NCBI GenBank assembly: GCA_026392765.1
Contig: JAPLBL010000033.1
Coordinates: 1 to 51,318, forward strand
Source: Actinomycetota bacterium
Lineage (GTDB): Bacteria > Actinomycetota > Actinomycetes > Nanopelagicales > Nanopelagicaceae
Length of the DNA: 51,318 nucleotides
Direction of reading: 5' to 3'
The notes beneath the pieces are model-generated. The model had not been told where the DNA came from and did not search any database. It saw only the letters and a program-made list of their open reading frames with translations. The translations under genes and the position numbers were made by a program. The number at the start of each line of letters is the position of its first letter. The stretch's first letter is position 1. Positions 49,681 through 51,318 of this stretch are shown here, in pieces.

Positions 49681-50490
49681 TTATAGCGTTGAGAGTAAAT
49701 GTCCGACTAACTCTTCAGGCTTGATTTGAGCAGGCCATGATGGATGTTGAACACCGACTCCATGTGCAATGACAAACGATGCGCGCTCTTGTGGGCTATC
49801 TCCACCATGTCCGCCTTCATCGCGATGACCATGGTCCGTTGTAATAACAATCAGCCACTTCTCCTTGAGCATCCGATGTCGTTCAAGAATCGCATGATGC
49901 ATCTGTGCAACTAATCCATCTATTCGGTTAATTGCATCGAAGTAGGAACCTTCGATTGTTCCATCTAAGTGCCCTGCTTCATCGGCTCCGCAGAAATATA
50001 CAAAGCTCACATCAGGAGCGATTTCACGTATTGCTCTCACCGCATCTTGCGCAACCTCAACATCGACAGCTTCATAGCCGTTGGTTTCACCGTCGCGGAC
50101 GAATATTGAGTGCTCTCCTGATTCCTGATCCTCAACCCTTGTTCTAATCACAGGTCCAACATCTTTCGGATCAATAAGTGGAGGCCATCCAGCTGCGGCA
50201 TAAGTAACTATCTCCGGCTTGAGCATTCTCGCTTGTGTCAATAAATCGGGTGCAGCAGCTAAGTTGTGATTTCCATAATCGTTATCAATAACCTTATGGA
50301 CCTGTTGGGTCACACCAGTTAAGAGCGTTGTCCAACTAGGTCCTGAAACAGTCGGCATATCAACAACCATTTCGCTGAAAGAGGAATCAGCACGAAGAGT
50401 TGCCAAGGTGGCTGCGCGACCAGAATCTATTGCGCGTTGAAGAATGAGACCATCAATACCAATAAGGAGGATCTTGGTCTGAGAAGTCAT
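49681..50490 (-). CDS. alkaline phosphatase superfamily protein (nucleotide pyrophosphatase/phosphodiesterase-like)
   Basis: LIGIDG, PTVSGPSWTTLLTG nucleophile region, DEAGH, TTDHG, GGHGG. Confidence 0.88.
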   Translation of the reverse strand: MTSQTKILLIGIDGLILQRAIDSGRAATLATLRADSSFSEMVVDMPTVSGPSWTTLLTGVTQQVHKVIDNDYGNHNLAAAPDLLTQARMLKPEIVTYAAAGWPPLIDPKDVGPVIRTRVEDQESGEHSIFVRDGETNGYEAVDVEVAQDAVRAIREIAPDVSFVYFCGADEAGHLDGTIEGSYFDAINRIDGLVAQMHHAILERHRMLKEKWLIVITTDHGHRDEGGHGGDSPQERASFVIAHGVGVQHPSWPAQIKPEELVGHLLSTL

Positions 50491-50548
50491 CGAGAAAGAG
50501 TAGGACATTGCACTACTTTCGCTCCAGGGCTATCGGTAGGATTCACCC

Positions 50549-51318
50549 ATGATTCACCTCAGCCAATCGCGCTCATCCATCATCTTCGCTCACGATGGAG
50601 ACTCACTCGAAATTCTTTATTGGGGTAAGAAGCTAGGCGCTATCGATAAGAGCGCAGCTGAATCTATTCGTGCAGCGCGCACCAAGCCGGCCTTTCATGG
50701 TGGCCTTGATGTTTCTTCCAGCAACCTGATTCTTCGCGAACATTCTCGTGGATGGATTGGTCACCCAGCACTTCGTGGTCACCGCGGTGGAGTAGGCGCT
50801 TCAAATTCCTTTACGGTAAAGAGTGCCGTGCAGAAAGATCAGTCAATGATTGCAGTTTTTGCTGATGCAATTGCAGGACTTGAAATTGAGATTACCTACA
50901 CCCTGACTCCTTCAGATATTTTGTTAATGGATGCGAAGGTCACTCATACTGCTGAAGGCGATTACTTCCTTGATCATTTCCTCTACTGGCTTCCACTTGC
51001 TGAACAAGCTAACGAAGTTCTTGATTTCTATGGCCACTGGACGAAAGAGCGTCAACCACAGCGCAGATCTATTGATTATGGACTTCTAACCCGCGAAGGT
51101 TTTGAAGGACGCTCTGGTCACGATTACACAATCACTCAGGTAGCGCTCAACCATGCAACAGGATTCCGTCACGGTGAAGCATGGTCACTTGCCATGGCTT
51201 GGTCTGGAAATAACATTCATCACGTTGAACGTTTGATTGATGGCCATAAATCAATTGGAGCGGGCGAGTACTTATTGCCTGGTGAAGTAATTTTGAAGAA
51301 GGGCGAGAGCTATGTAGC
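50549..51318 (+). CDS. GH36 alpha-galactosidase, N-terminal part (runs off window end; absent from the ORF track)
   Basis: My translation: MIHLSQ...ILYWG...GWIGHPALRGHR...FYGHWTKERQPQR...EGRSGHD...GFRHGEAWSLAMAWSGN...GAGEYLLPGEVIL. -10 TAGGAT 6 nt before the ATG. Confidence 0.88.
   Translation, partial: MIHLSQSRSSIIFAHDGDSLEILYWGKKLGAIDKSAAESIRAARTKPAFHGGLDVSSSNLILREHSRGWIGHPALRGHRGGVGASNSFTVKSAVQKDQSMIAVFADAIAGLEIEITYTLTPSDILLMDAKVTHTAEGDYFLDHFLYWLPLAEQANEVLDFYGHWTKERQPQRRSIDYGLLTREGFEGRSGHDYTITQVALNHATGFRHGEAWSLAMAWSGNNIHHVERLIDGHKSIGAGEYLLPGEVILKKGESYV

Overview
This is a gene-dense, streamlined actinobacterial chromosome segment with very short intergenic gaps. Gene content and style resemble freshwater acI / Ca. 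Nanopelagicales (Planktophila-like); that placement is inference. The window runs: 3' end of zwf, tgt, a hydrolase and MFS pair, an Opp/Dpp peptide ABC transporter, an M13 peptidase, a RosR-like MarR regulator, a frameshifted Lys/Ala/Arg-repeat histone-like gene, panB, then nadE-glnA-heliorhodopsin, leuA with a Leu leader peptide, recO-uppS, tspO/zur/ZIP, glyQS-dusB-dgt-dnaG-tRNA-Asn, a DoxX-Rieske fusion and HtrA, galKT, glpKD, a GH25 muramidase, a phosphate cluster (regX3-senX3/phoU, ppx, mutT1, ppk) with xylA inserted, a CAT-anticodon tRNA and the start of a GH36 alpha-galactosidase. The standout is an intact heliorhodopsin directly behind a glutamine synthetase that has a GlnR-like box. 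Other notable signals are pervasive leaderless promoters, five OmpR-family-type boxes at an identical offset from the -10, a two-bulged-A hairpin in the panB leader, an internal Tat motif in the DoxX-Rieske fusion, and a ZIP permease at the usual znuACB position with a perfect Zur box. I saw no mobile elements, prophage or CRISPR arrays. All calls come from motif recognition by eye; no searches were run.
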